From contig NC_087251.1 in the NCBI RefSeq assembly GCF_037042905.1, positions 31,498,001 to 31,558,000 on the forward strand: 60,000 nucleotides of DNA. The letters run 5' to 3'. This stretch comes from Lytechinus pictus. Its lineage: Eukaryota. Positions 40,478-54,070 of the stretch are shown one piece after another. The number at the start of each line of letters is the position of its first letter. The stretch's first letter is position 1. The position numbers and the translations under genes were made by a program. Below the pieces are notes generated by a model. It saw only the letters and a list, made by a program, of their open reading frames with translations. It was not told the origin of the DNA and ran no database searches.

Positions 40478-41759
40478 CTTGTAATATGTATATAAAGTAC
40501 TACTGTACGTAGTTTTATTTTGATTTACATTGAGCGGAAGAAGCTGATATTATCAAAGGCCATTTCTACCCACAAAAGTTGATTTGAAATGGTAAAGAAA
40601 AATCAGACATAACACTGAAAATTTGAGTGTTATGCTTGTTTGAGTTTTCTCTATCCATTCAAATCAACATTTTGTTGGGGTGGACTTGCACTTGGCAACA
40701 CTCAAACAAAACGCTTATTCCCCCCCCCCCCTGACCTGAGCAGGGACTTGTGGAATCACATTTCCTTTATCTGAGGATACTAAAATGCAAAATTATCACA
40801 CACAGACAAAATTAATCACTTGTTAAATGCTTCTTTGTAATATATTCTAATTGGGATTACACTTACAATGAAAGTGAAGGAAAATATAAAAATAGAGCCA
40901 TACAAAACATTTTACATCCATATAATATCAAATCTAGATGGCAATGGCGAAAGGTGCAAAATGCAAGCGAGAAGGTCATTACTATTTTTTTTTTTTTTTT
41001 TGGGGGGGGGCTATTTTCAAAACTCAGAGCATGAAAATAAATTTGCAGAAATTATTGGCGCATTTGCTTACATGTTAAATGTGAAAAGCAAATAATTTCT
41101 TTCATTTTTCTCTCATTCACACATTCTTATGTGAAGTAAATTATTAAATTGAATCATTAAAACCAGGGACCGATATTACAAAAATAAAATAAACCAATAC
41201 AATATATTGTTTTGATACTTTTTGTAGGGAAATGCATATGGTACAAATAAAGTCCCCATGAATGCACTTATTTCTTGCGTTTCTCATCACCTTTTTATTT
41301 TCATGCCTTTGTCCACAATAAGCTGTAGCCAGCTATTTGAAAGGATGAAGTTTAATTTTCAAGAATATTTTTTGTATTACATACTGCATTTCTTGATAAA
41401 TACACAACTGCCCTTATGCTTACAAATGAAGTATTTTGTATACTTTTTATTACAATTTAATTTCTCTAGTACTAGTATCCTCTTTAATACCACCTTTGAT
41501 GTGTAACAGTTACAATTAAAGGAGAATGAAACCAGCTGAATCCATATCAAAGAGAAAAATCAAAGAAACATATTGTTGAAAGTTTGAGGAAGATTGAATG
41601 AATAATAAGAAAGTTATGAGCATTTGAATATTGAGATCACTAATGCCATGTAGATCCTCCCATTGGCAATGCGACCAAGATCTGTGATGTCACACACGTA
41701 CAACCCCCTCATTACTTTAGTACTTATTTCACTTATATTCTCACTTTTATAGAGTCTAT

Positions 41760-42151
41760 GAGGCTGTTCACACCGCAAGGGGGGACCGTGGGCGGACCGT
41801 GGATCGCGCTATCGTAGCGCGATCCACGGTCCGCCCATTGGCATTCGCCGGATTCACACCGCAGTGAGATAGCGCGGTCTATCGTAGCACCCCCTTTTTT
41901 GAGAGGTCCTGTTGCCATGGCGTGCTATCGTAGCTCGGGTTCACACCGGCAGAGATAGCGCGATCTAGCGCGCGCTAGACCGCGCTATCTCTCGTGGACC
42001 ACCCCCAAGAGGTGCTCCAGTGGCACGCCGTTTTGGCTCGCCGTGGCTCGCTGTTGGGCGGACCGAAACGACGTTGTACCTTCCACACCGCAGAGATAGC
42101 GCGATCTAGCGCGCGCTAGATCGCGCTATCTCTGCCGGTCTGAACAGGCTC
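41760..42151. mobile_element. GC-rich palindromic MITE, PIF/Harbinger-like
   Basis: Imperfect TIR GAGGCTGTTCACACC / GGTCTGAACAGGCTC; TAT on both flanks; repeated TTCACACCG..AGATAGCGCG units. Confidence 0.7.
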
Positions 42152-43105
42152 TATAACAAGTTGAGGTGTTCTCTTTATGAGAGGACAAGTACAGAGGTTT
42201 CACAACATTATATCATTGATGAATCGATTGTCATATGATTAGAATGAGCAAAAAGAGTTATTCCCTAATTCGACTCTCAATCGTGAATAAATTATTTTCA
42301 GTCACGCCTCACTATCCTTAAGCACAACCAGTGCAACAACATCAACACCTGAAATAGAAAACATTTGTATACTTTACAAAAAACATACCTGTTTCGAGGG
42401 GAGCACCAAGCTTCGACGGCAAGACAGCACGAACGGTACTTACTGACGAATGTACTGAGGCCTCCCTCTGAGTTCAGATCTCGAAGAACTCATCAATGTA
42501 CTGTACATGCTGTAAGGCCTATTCATCCATCAGAATTCTCTTTGCTCTATCTTCTTGCATCCAGTCAATCGTCCACATATCCATCCCGAATAAGACGTCC
42601 GTACTGTGCTGTGTCGAACTCGGTCAGTGAATTCCGAATGTTTAGGAATTCAGACACTCCTCACGCAAGCATTGTTATGCTAATCGGATACTTCTGCTAA
42701 GAAAAGAAAATGTATTTATTCCCTAATTCGACTCTCAATCGTGAATAAATTATTTTCAGTCACGCCTCACTATCCTTAAGCACAACCAGTGCAACAACAT
42801 CAACACCTGAAATAGAAAACATTTGTATACTTTACAAAAAACATACCTGTTTCGAGGGGAGCACCAAGCTTCGACGGCAAGACAAGCTAAACTTATAGCT
42901 CCCCCTCTCAGTCAATCAAAGAACGGGTAAACAAGAAAATGAGTTACACGACGCAATCATTTCAATTTAACCAACTTTAAATGTATAATGATAATAATAC
43001 ATGTCTCATTCAACAATCTCATCGAACGCCTACAATCCATCTTTAACAAAGTTATACGTATAATCATACTAGGCTGAGGCTAATTTACCCGGTATAAAAA
43101 TAATT

Positions 43106-44073
43106 CTAAAGCCCCAAATTCATAGAAATTGAAAGACAATCCTTCATATTGTCTTTAATATATCCATCCTTAGCAGTCTCCGACCTCCACCTACCATGTT
43201 TCTTAAACAACCTGTCTGGAACACCAAAGTTCGCTGCTGCTGTGGCTCCGCCACTTCGGAGGCTATGCATGCCAAAACTCTTTGGATTCAACCCTACTTT
43301 CGCCAACGCCTCTCTCAATAATTCTAAACATCTAGTATAAGACAACTGTCCACGTCTTAACTTGTAACTATTACTGGATTTACAGTAATTTAGAGGCCTA
43401 AAAAGAATACTTCATCAGAGGCATCGTTAAGCCCCGCTGCAATCAAATATTTCCTCAAAGCTAATACGGGGCAGGTGGGGAATTTGTAGCACCTATAAGA
43501 ACCCATGCTCCTTGCCTGTAAATATCGGTTTTACTTTTCATCATGAAAGTATTCACATGAGACAAATACAAGTCTAAATCACATTTACGAATATGTATCA
43601 TTTCATCAAATCGTAGAATGCCTGCGTAGGAAATCAAAATCATAGCACATAATCGAATATCTAATAGACTCGTTGAAGATCCATACTTCTCAACAACTGC
43701 TTTCAAAATGTCTGGGGTTATAACTTCTTTCTTAACGATCGGTTTGTTTAGTAATTTCTTTAAACATTGTAAAACAATATGTATGAACTTGCGATCACAG
43801 GGATTAACATTCATCCTTGGCTTGCAGTCAAAATGCCACTTAATGGCGTAAAAAGCCGATTCTATCCTCGAATAAGGAGCTTCTCTTTGATACAAATGAA
43901 TAAGATAGCGACTAATATCTTCTGGTTCTGCTGTGTCAGAATTTACTTTATTTTGCTTACACTAATCTCTCCAGGTATTCAACGCTCTGTTGTATTTACT
44001 CATAGTGTTATCAGCTCTCGAAGCTGTCAAGACCTTGTTCAAAGTTATATCATATCCTTCATGAAGAGAATTT
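43106..44073 (-). pseudogene. Tyrosine recombinase of the PAT-like element (frameshifted)
   Basis: SRADNTMSKY...W, SYAGILRFDE, KSKTDIYRQG, FGMHSLRSGGATAAAN...FKKHGRWRSETAKDGY (catalytic R, K, HxxR, W, Y). Confidence 0.9.
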
Positions 44074-44787
44074 CTGGATTTAAGAAAAAATAAACAAAAC
44101 TTATAAGCTGGTATATATTTATCTCAACACAATATATTCAAATTGTGATAAATTCTCAAGTTCAGTCATTCTTATCAAATTCTCAAAATTTAATCACTTC
44201 TAATACGTTTTACAGCAATGACAGCAAAATTAAACATTAACTATGCAGCTATCCTCAAACCAGGTGGTTTTATATTTTCACTAAAATTTCAGTATGAAAT
44301 TCATTAGATCACAATTCCATATCATAATTCGTTTCAATCGTCTTGAAGGCTTAGCAAAACAATAGCTTTGGGATTCATTTCCTTTGCGAAAATATTTATT
44401 TTTGCCTTAAAACACTTGCAAAAAACTTTCTGAAACATTTCATTCACAAGAATTCTGTAATTTTGAGACTTTGAATGTTTTCAATTATCACCAATTTCTT
44501 CATTCTGAGCTCCGCCGCCAGTAAATTGTAACTAATTTGAGAATGAAATCTCATATCAATTCCTTATCAACCTTTACGATGGTTATCCTTTTACATAATC
44601 ATAACATTCTCCAATTTTCATCACCACTTCTTTGCTCTGCAGCATAAGTGGATCCTAGCTATGCAGCTATCTGCCATGCGGCCGTGTAAAAATTACATGT
44701 TGCATTCCAACAGTATAATTTTGAATTAACCTCCATCAAATGGATTTATTACATACCAGCATTCATGTCAGCCATCTCTCACAAACC

Positions 44788-44799
<12 letters not shown>

Positions 44800-44820
<21 letters not shown>

Positions 44821-46650
44821 ATTATTTCTGCCTTGAACGAAAATTCCTTGAGGATTATCAATTTTGAAGTATTCAGAGAATAAGGAACGAAAATCACTTT
44901 GTTCAGAGAAAAGAATCGGCCAGAAGGGAACAACCAAAGTCCCCCTAGCAGAACAAAACCTTCAGATGCTTAAGTACTTGCCCTATACATGCTATACATT
45001 CGATAGGTGGAACCAACCAATTATTCTCGCCCGACCAATCAGATGAGAAGGGATCAACATGATCTATTAGGGGACACCAATATTTAGAATTGAACTTCTT
45101 AATTTTGAAATTAAAATCGTCCGCAAGTCTGTCCACAGTGTGAGGGCCCCAGATTTTGTCCAAAAATCCGAAAAATTCATCTGACACACCCCAATCATCA
45201 AAATCTATCATGCGACTTAATGCATCTGCAAAACGGTTCTCCTCTCTGGGAGCCCAATGAACGTGAAGACTAATGTTGTTTCTTTTACACAACTCAAAGA
45301 TGTGTAAACTCATCTCATGCAATTCTGCAATCATACTTCCTTTATTTACAATCGATCCTACTCCTTTATTATCACAGAGGACCTTGACAGTTTTATGTCT
45401 CATGTGAGATACAACTGTTTGCAGTGTCATACTTACTGACTTGAGTTCTCTCCAAGTGGAGTTTTTAACCATTTCAAACTCAAACCAATCTCATCCCATT
45501 TCATGCCTGCGCACTCAGAAACCCAGGCCCCGCAGCCTGATGGACTTGCATCAGAATAGATGAAAGTCTGTGGAACTGAATAAGCAGAAATAATGTTTAC
45601 GTTAAGAATATGCAAATTCTTCTCCAGAAGAAGAACACGAATATTAATTCATCACTATTGATCACATTATGTCCTATCCCAATGTACCCTCCGGATGATT
45701 TCGTGATGCATAAATCTGGTTTTAATTTGAGTAACTGTGCCAAACACTGGATACAATGTATCTTTCCAACTATAACTACGATCTTTCGTTCTGAAACCTC
45801 AGGCAATTCTGCTTGAAATGAATCTGAACATAACTCAAGATCCTTCATCCTTCTTTCAGTAATCTTTATATAAGCTACTCTGCTTTCCCGTGGTATTCCT
45901 AACCAATCCAAACACTGGACAGGAGTCCATTGAGATATTTCTCAACATTTGGTATCAAACCTGCTTCAAGTAAGTCATTTTTCACCGTCTTGACCATAGT
46001 ATCATACGAATCAAAGGAAGCAGCACGACCCAATCATCTATATACAAAAAAAAATGAAAATACCATTTCTATACGCCAATGATTAACGATAGGCTTAAAT
46101 CGTGTAATGAAAACAAAGGTAGCTGTTGCCAACCCAATGACAACACCTAAAAGGAGAAAACCTTGTACCACTACCAAAATCCCAACTAAAGCCTACAATT
46201 TTTCATGCACTTGAAAAATGTAATAATGATGATAACCTTGCTTAAGTTCAAAGGAAAGCTTAAAATCTCCCTGTTTTAAATAAGACATGACTACATTCCA
46301 GTCTTCAAGTATAATAGTGTTCTTCCACAAGTGTTAGTTGACATAACGTTAACCAAAAATCAGTCTCTTTTTATATCTGAACTCTGAATTGAATCTGAAA
46401 GGGGGTAACATCATGGGGTGCAGTGGTGGATTCAACAACCAAACCCTTTTTAATAATAATTCGTTAATGGCTTCAGAAACGAAATCGGGATCGATGTCAA
46501 TGCTGACTTATCATCTTATTGTAAGGTAATTTGTAACCATGTTCATTGACATCTACAACAAATTGAGATGCATCAGTTGATTTCCAAATTGTAAGGAAGC
46601 ATTCAATCTACCTTTAACCAAAGGTTCTGAATTTCATTGATCATACTCAT
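44800..46650 (-). pseudogene. pol remnant: RT, RNase H and Dam-like methyltransferase domain
   Basis: VKGRL at the start, LKQGYHH, YIDD, YSDASPSGCG, STWREL, LCDNKGV, WAPREENRFADALSR, then DW...WGPHTVDRLA...KFNSKYWCP...DW...NNWLVPP; many stops and frameshifts. Confidence 0.88.
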
Positions 46651-47039
46651 AATTTCTCAAATAAAATTCTTCCTCCTACCCTGCACATCTTGTCGAATCA
46701 ACACTAACGTTACTCGATGTTTCCCAACCGAAACAAATTCAACAATGCTCTGTTTCTGTATTTCTTAATTTAGAAGGGCCCGCTGACGGACCAGGAGTAG
46801 TCAATATATTCCAGATTGTTTGATCTGTGTCATATATATGTCTAGGTTCATTAGTAAGAGGTGGAATTCAACCAAAATAACACATCTTTTCTTAACATAT
46901 AATTATGGACTAGGTAGAATCAAGAATAGATTCCTTTGCTACGCCCTTCTGATCATTCTACTCTTCAGTTCTCAATACCACACTTCGTCAAATACAGAAC
47001 AAAACTGACATTTACCTTGCTCAGTTTGACCATGATCAA

Positions 47040-47900
47040 TGGATCATTTAACTCTGTTGAGCATTGTTATCTCTGACGGATGAATCTTGCTTCCTGATAC
47101 CTGGGCAACTTCTCCAGTGCCCATGTCTACCACAGGCAAAACGTTCGTCGGTGGTCTGAGGCAACTTGCATACCCGCGCCAACTATTTTGTACATATAAG
47201 TTGGCGACACTGCCAAGCGAATATCGATTTCTTGACCCAAAGGGTATACGAAATAAGTTGTCGGAAGTAGTAGAAGAACCTTGAAAATTTCCAACATTCT
47301 TGCCCAATATAACCTTTGTTTGTTGAACGAAATAACTTACGCTTTCTATTTACACAAGCCTGAGCTTGCCTCATTCTTTTCTCCCTCATCAGTATTCATC
47401 CAATGCGGACCAACCTAAAATATAAAAATGATCTCTATATATTTATTTGATTAATCTCCCATAATTAAGTCATAAAGTAATTCCGCTGAAAAACGAACAG
47501 CTTCCATTAACAACATAAGGCCATATCTATTATGTACAACCGTTCATAAATTTCAAAAGCAATAGCCTAGTTTGGAATTTTCATTCATCTTTATCTCACT
47601 AACCTGCTTCAGATTCATCTGCTTTTCTGATATGTTTCTTCCTTTTAATTATATCTGCAATACCTTACTTCAGCAAAGCAAGGGCTGCGCCCGCTGCTTA
47701 CCTTACTCTAATAAGGCAAATTTCTTATCCAACTCCTCCTGGCGTCTAGAATTATATTCATATTGAACCTTATTACCTTTCGAAAGACATCTCCGACGCC
47801 CTTTTTTAGTTGTAGAAGCTCCGCTGACCCGGGCAATGTATCGAGAATCAACATAATCAAACAGCCAGCCCAATCTTTAAACGAGCCAATGCTTCCTTTG
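47040..47900 (-). pseudogene. gag-like ORF1 remnant of the PAT-like element
   Basis: KGNKVQYEYN and EKRMRQAQA motifs reminiscent of DIRS/PAT ORF1; position upstream of pol. Confidence 0.55.
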
Positions 47901-50900
47901 TAGCATTGCTTACAAGAAGGCGAAGAGACTCCAGATTATTGAGTAAAATTTTCTGAAACTGCCTTTAATTTGTGGCATAACCCGAGGTTAATTTCTTGAT
48001 TCGCCATTATTTTATATTTAACATCGAATCCAAACGTAGATCTATTACGATAAGGCCTATAGAGTTTAACACGTGGAAGAAGCGTTGAAATAAGACGTCC
48101 GTACTGTGCTGTGTCGAACTCGGTCAGTGAATTCCGAATGTTTAGGAATTCAGACACTCCTCACGCAAGCATTGTTATGCTAATCGGATACTTCTGCTAA
48201 GAAAAGAAAATGTATATGTTTTGGGGTATATTTTCAGTGTCCAAAAGGGGAGAGTTGTTCATCTGTGACATCATAGATCTTGGTCGCATTGCCAATGGGA
48301 GGATCTCCATAGCATTAGTGATCTCGACATTCAAATGCTCATAACTCTTCTATTGCTAGTCCTATTTTACTCAAACTTTTGTTGATCTTATTCTTTTATT
48401 TTTCTGCTTTCACAAAAGCTAACTTGCTCCAAGAGTTTCATTCTCCTTTAAATCTTGACTTTTAACATGGATTTGGAGTTGTAATTCTCTTACACTCTAA
48501 CATATACTGCAAATAATAATACATGCATTTAGTCTGAATAGTCTGCATTTCACTTAAAAAAAATCTTAGTTAATGTAAAAAATCAAAACACTGTATAACA
48601 TTTTCCTTCTATAATTTATGTTATCAAGGATTAAAAAAAAGAAAAATGATATAAACATAAAAATATAAATCTACTTAAAATGACAATGGACATATACATG
48701 TTTTTCTTGGTGTGACAAAATCACAATTGGCATATATACATGAATGAAAAATACAAAATATAATGTAAATAAATACAAAAAGAGCATGAAATTATTGGTT
48801 TATAGAAATATGCAAATTGAGGATTGCAAATTTATTTTTATTAGATCAGCCATTGAAGCTTCATTCTAATACAGACTTGCACAGAAGTATCTTTTATAGA
48901 ATTCATAATTCTGTATTAAATAAAGTCATTTCAAATTTTTAATAGAAAATATATTTTCAAATGCATAAAACATTAAGTAGCTAACATATCATGCTCAACT
49001 TGAATACAAAAACCCTCGGTATTCACATTTCATACATTCATCTTAAACAATGAAGAACAACATCAGGGATGGGATTTAAAAATAAATCACTTAAGGTGGT
49101 TGAGTCAGAAGTTTTGAATAAATATTGATTCATAAGATTAAATTTATTTATTTTAACATTAGAATATAAGTAGAATGTCAACTGACATGTCTCTTTTGTA
49201 TTCACATCAAAATCACAAATAAAAATTTTCTTCAATGTGTTAAGTCATGATAAGAACTACATGTATTAGAACTTCATACTCTCATTAGCATTGTGTGCTT
49301 TTAAAGTAAATGTGTACTATGTTGTTACATCAAAAATTCTTAACACGTATAAAATCATAGCATCTATGTTGTTAAATGCAAGAAAGAATTACATAAGATG
49401 TGCAAGTTTAAGATAGCAGTAGAAATAGCACATGTTCACACTGCAATGGCATATCAGCTAGTCAAACACTAATTTCAAGGCTCCCATCAAATACTAATTT
49501 CAAAGCTCCCATTGATCTTAAGACATTTCAGAGCTTCTGAGGAAAAGAATTTGAAAGATTTAAGACAAAATGAAATTGAATTAAAAAAAAAGAGCAGGAT
49601 GCATTCCTGAAAGAAGGCAATCAAAATTAAGGCAAGTTTTGCACCCCAAAACCAATAAAACATCAAATTCACTGAGCAGTTCACAAAAAATATTCTTTCA
49701 CACTATCAACAAAGAAACTTACAAATTACTAGTACTACAACTAATGCAAGATAACTTATAAAACTCCTTGTGCTTCTTCTCAATGACATGAAATTCTAAA
49801 TTTAGGTACACTTTATTGGCAGAATGCAACATGTACTGTATACATACACAACTACATTTATGGGAATGGTATCACTTATCAATTTATTGCAATCAATAAT
49901 GCTACAGAGCGTATCTTATTCATTCAACAATTCTTGTATCAAAAGTACTTTAACATTCAACGTATTATAACTTAACCATATGGCATAAGGGTGCTTCATG
50001 CAGTGAATGAAATAATGCGTTTAGTAATACAGAGACCTAGACAGCTGAAATATGTAATTTTTTTTCTCGTAGTTTTAACATTTTTTTCGTACTTTTGGTC
50101 TAGTTGGGGCTTCTCCTCAAACAAGGATTGGCTAGCCATCTTGCATACAGTGTGAGGGACTTATGCTCCATAGGTTCAATGTATTACCCCCCCCAAAAAA
50201 AAAGGGTTTTTTATATTTTAAATGACATATATACTATTATAAATTGCATCGAGGTGGTGTTGATTACTAGATTATGAATATTTTCAAAAATACAATCCTT
50301 AATAGGTCTATATATTGATGAGAAATGTTGTATTAGTGGTAAAAATCAAGCAAAGGAAGATGGAGTCTACATTCATATAAAAGGCTGAAGAAGTAACAGT
50401 TTGTCATCCAATGAATCCAAAAGTGTGATTATTTGCTTTATATTCCAGAATGGAACAAATCTGAATTACAGAAAGATGATGGAGCATATACCTCTTCAAC
50501 AAATAACTTTCTGAAATCATATGGCTAAATTCAGGCAAAGCTAAGAACGGCAATCCCTCCCAGGCCCTGTTTCATGGAAGATCTTTGTCATCGAATGGTA
50601 ACTTGCAATATTTGCATGACTTTGATTGGCTGTTGAGCGTTGTTTCCATGGTAATTACCATTGGTAGGCAAAGTTAGCATGAGAATAACTTTTTTTGCGA
50701 CAGAGCCCTGGATACGCACCAGATTGCTTTTCCATAGGGTGCACAAATGCACATGTTTACACTTAATACATGTGTGCTTATGATAGGATAAGATAGTCAA
50801 CAGTGCAATGAACCTTTATCTAAGATAGCACATTTTGCACCACACTTTTACTGAAGATAGTACTTTATAGTGCGATACACTATGAAATTATGCATACTCC

Positions 50901-53123
50901 AGATAATGACATTCACTGTGACTCTATATAGATCAAAGCTGATAACTTGAGAGATCAGCAGAACTCCTTGTGTTTGATGGGTAAATCTACATTTTATTGT
51001 ATGATTCACTTTTCACTATAGACAGCAAAAGTCTGTGGAATATATTACAAACTTTATGCAAAATGAAATTTGCTTCATAACAGCACTTAATAAAGATGCA
51101 AAATAACTTCATCTTGGGATAGCTCAGGAGCTGCTGAAAGGGATGTTCAAAGACACAATCCACACATAACAATCTAATGTAGATCATTAAGAATTTTTCT
51201 TCCCATGTAGGACAATCTCCTGTAATGCCAAATTTTGAATGGCATAAATGAAAAAAAAGTTTAGTTTGTCTCTTTTTATTTGTGAATCTATTTCATCTAA
51301 TTGCCAGCGTCAAATTTGAGCCAATTCATTTTCAATTTATTAACTTCAAATCATATTTCAATAAATGTATGAATACCGCTCTATGCAATCATAAACATAA
51401 CCATCCCTAATAAGTATAGAAAATGATGATACATATATTACACAGTATGATTTGCGCTTTTCATACTTCATAGGTGTATTCTTTGGGGGAAACCGCTCAT
51501 GATACAACTCCATAGGACTTCTGTAATTTTTTTATCTACATGATAGTAATACTATATTTGCCATGCAAACGTATGTACCTGTGAGATTAATCTTTGGCTA
51601 AAACTATTCAGTACAATACTTCTGAGATAATACATTACTTGAAAAAAATTCACATTCTGAAACATTTTAATTTTTATGTTTCTTAAAGAAAATTAAATTG
51701 CAATAATAAGTATTTAGCAACTAAAACTATGGGCCCATTAACACAAAAGCCAGCACTTGATTGCACAGCTGATTATTACGCTTGATTACATTTATCCTAC
51801 ATAACCTAAGCAATTAATTGCAAATCAACTGTACGTTCTTCGCTAATATTAGTGTTCCGGGTCCCTGGGCCCCGTCTTAACAAGAGTTGCGATTGATCAG
51901 ATCAATCACGACTATGGATGGCCAGCAACGTCAACATCTAAAATGAAAATCTTTTCACAATTTTTTCTATAAATGATGTGTAATCATACATCAATCGTTC
52001 TCTTTGATTGGATTAATCGTATCAATAGGGTGACTGCACACAGAGCAAAAATTTTCACCCTTTTCACCGCATTCACACAAAAGTTGTCATGGTTTTGAGG
52101 GTAAAATCAAAGTTCAATGCATTTCTGACATATGATCGCGTTATCCAAATTAAAAAATTTTGGTATCAAATTAAAGAGAATAAAATACTCCAAATAACCT
52201 ACTTAGTTTACATTTGGTTACTACCATAATTTTGATGTGGCATCAAAAAAGGAAGTTCAAAGTCTCATATCTTGTGAATAAATGTACCATATTTTTGTAA
52301 ACTAGCGGTTGTTTGTAGTATTGATAATGACAAATCCAATGGTAATACTTATTTTTCACCTTTCCTTTAGGATCAAGTGTCAGAATTGATTTCAAAATGC
52401 CCTTCTCCCACTACTCCAGAAATCCTAATGCAAAACTGCACACAAAATATCTGCACTATGTGTGTGGTCGTGTGTTTCAGCTGTGTGTGTGTTGTGACAA
52501 ATTATACGACAGAGCCTATTGGAAGTATTTTGCTGAATTTCATTCGAAATTCATTTGATTAATACTAAAAAACCGATTAATGATTTACTATGAAATTCAG
52601 TAGATTTCTATTTTGCACTATTTTCATCAAGATCTGAAAAAATCAGACAGTTTAATGAAGTGGTTGATGAGATAGAAAAATCTTGCGGCCTCCCTAATCG
52701 TAACTCTTTGAAAGATGGGGCCCAGGTCTACATGTAAATTCATGTCCATTTATACAACAGTTTAACTAATAATTCAGGTCTGTCATAATACATTCTACAA
52801 AGCTCAACAAAAAAATAAAATGAATGAAATAGCACAACAATACATCCATATCACTTATGCTGAGTTATTATCCTATATCAGCTGCTTTTTAGCTGATTAT
52901 ACAGAAAGTTTATCAGTTGGCATGAACCGCCATTTTTCAAACTTCAGTGGAGTCATACCACATTACATTTACTCTGTCAAATACAAACTTGTGCAGTAGT
53001 AGTCTCCACGAAGCACTAGCAGGTTCATAGAAGTAATTAGATTCTGATTCTGTACATCATGAACACAACCCACTAGGTTTTGTGTTAACAATTCAGGTAT
53101 TGACAAGTTCATCTTGCCACTGA

Positions 53124-53412
53124 GTAGGCGCGTCGTGGTCTAATTGTTCTGACTCTCGCCTTATAGAGGGTCGTGGGTTCGAATCCTAGCCAAGGCATGT
53201 TTCCCTTCAGAAAGAAATTTATCCACACTGTGCTGCACTCCACCCAGGTGAGGTAAATGGGTACCCGGCAGGATTAATTACTTGAATGCACTGAGCACTG
53301 AAAGGCAGCTAAATCCGGGGTACTAATAATAAGAACAATGCCCTCGGAATAGATTACTTCTAGATAAAGTAGATAGATGGCGCTATATAAATGCCAATTA
53401 TTATTATTATTA
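53124..53412 (+). mobile_element. tRNA-derived SINE (copy 4)
   Basis: B box GGTTCGAATCC; core GTGCTGCACTCCACCCAGGTGAGGTAAATGGGTACC; tail GCGCTATATAAATGCC(ATT)n. Confidence 0.8.
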
Positions 53413-54070
53413 ATATGATTGTAAAGGGGTCAAGATGGTTAATCCACTCCATACAAATCTCATAGTATATTTGAAACCAGAGTAAGTGTGGTGAATGAAT
53501 AGCATATTTACGACATCTTTATGAGTTCCATAACATAATAGACTATATATAAGGCAAGTAATGATAAAGTGATACTTAAAAACTCTTTAAAACATGAAAC
53601 ACAAATGGGTACTTTGGGAGGATCAATAATTCACTTGATGGGATACATATCATTCCATTTAGCACTGGGCCTGACTAACCATCAGCTTATACATATATGT
53701 TTTAGTTTTGAAAGGTAAGGTCTTTGGTATTGAAAAAGGTCATGAGGCTGACTTCACGAGAGAAGGAATTCAGACTGACTCTTATATATTGGTTGATAGA
53801 TGAAGTGAGATTTAATTAGATGGATCAAAGCTTTAAAGATGGCAGAAGTTTGATCTTCCAGTCTGAGCTTTAAAAGATGTGAAAGATATCATGATGAGGT
53901 TTATGGTTTCATGAAATTTGGTACCATTGAACTACCTTACATACACCAGGGGCATGTTTAAAAAAGAGTGTATTTCTCAAAACATCAAACACAACTAAAT
54001 AATACACCCTTCTGATTGCTTCATAGTCAATTTGTTTCTTTCTTATTTCTAGACATGTGCTTAAAAAATG

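Larger units (their letters stand above)
42258..48215 (-). mobile_element. Tyrosine-recombinase retrotransposon (order DIRS), PAT-like; full length, coding regions decayed
   Basis: Split direct repeats A (48089-48215 = 42589-42715) and B (42716-42884 = 42258-42426) in A1-ORFs-B1-A2-B2 order; remnants of gag, RT (YIDD near 46040), RNase H, methyltransferase and tyrosine recombinase. Confidence 0.92.
41520..48447. mobile_element. Kolobok-like MITE split by two nested insertions (arms 41520-41759, 42152-42257, 48216-48447)
   Basis: TTAA|AGGAGAATGAAAC ... GTTTCATTCTCCT|TTAA; ~175-bp inverted arms, including GATCCTCCCATTGGCAATGCGACCAAGATCT and its complement near 48275-48305. Confidence 0.85.

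Noticed and set aside
42365..42700. 111-aa plus-strand ORF
   Set aside because: Lies antisense across the terminal repeats of the retroelement and has no recognisable motifs.
43106..43895. Phage integrase or bacterial contamination
   Set aside because: Linked to RT/RNase H/MT remnants and split direct repeats, so it is the recombinase of a DIRS-order retrotransposon.
51731..52723. Cluster of short GGGCCC-ended repeats with a possible nested insert (about 52026-52696); similar short elements near 1497, 5455, 9208, 25103, 27279 and 50562
   Set aside because: Probably old MITEs, but ends and TSDs are too degenerate to define by eye.
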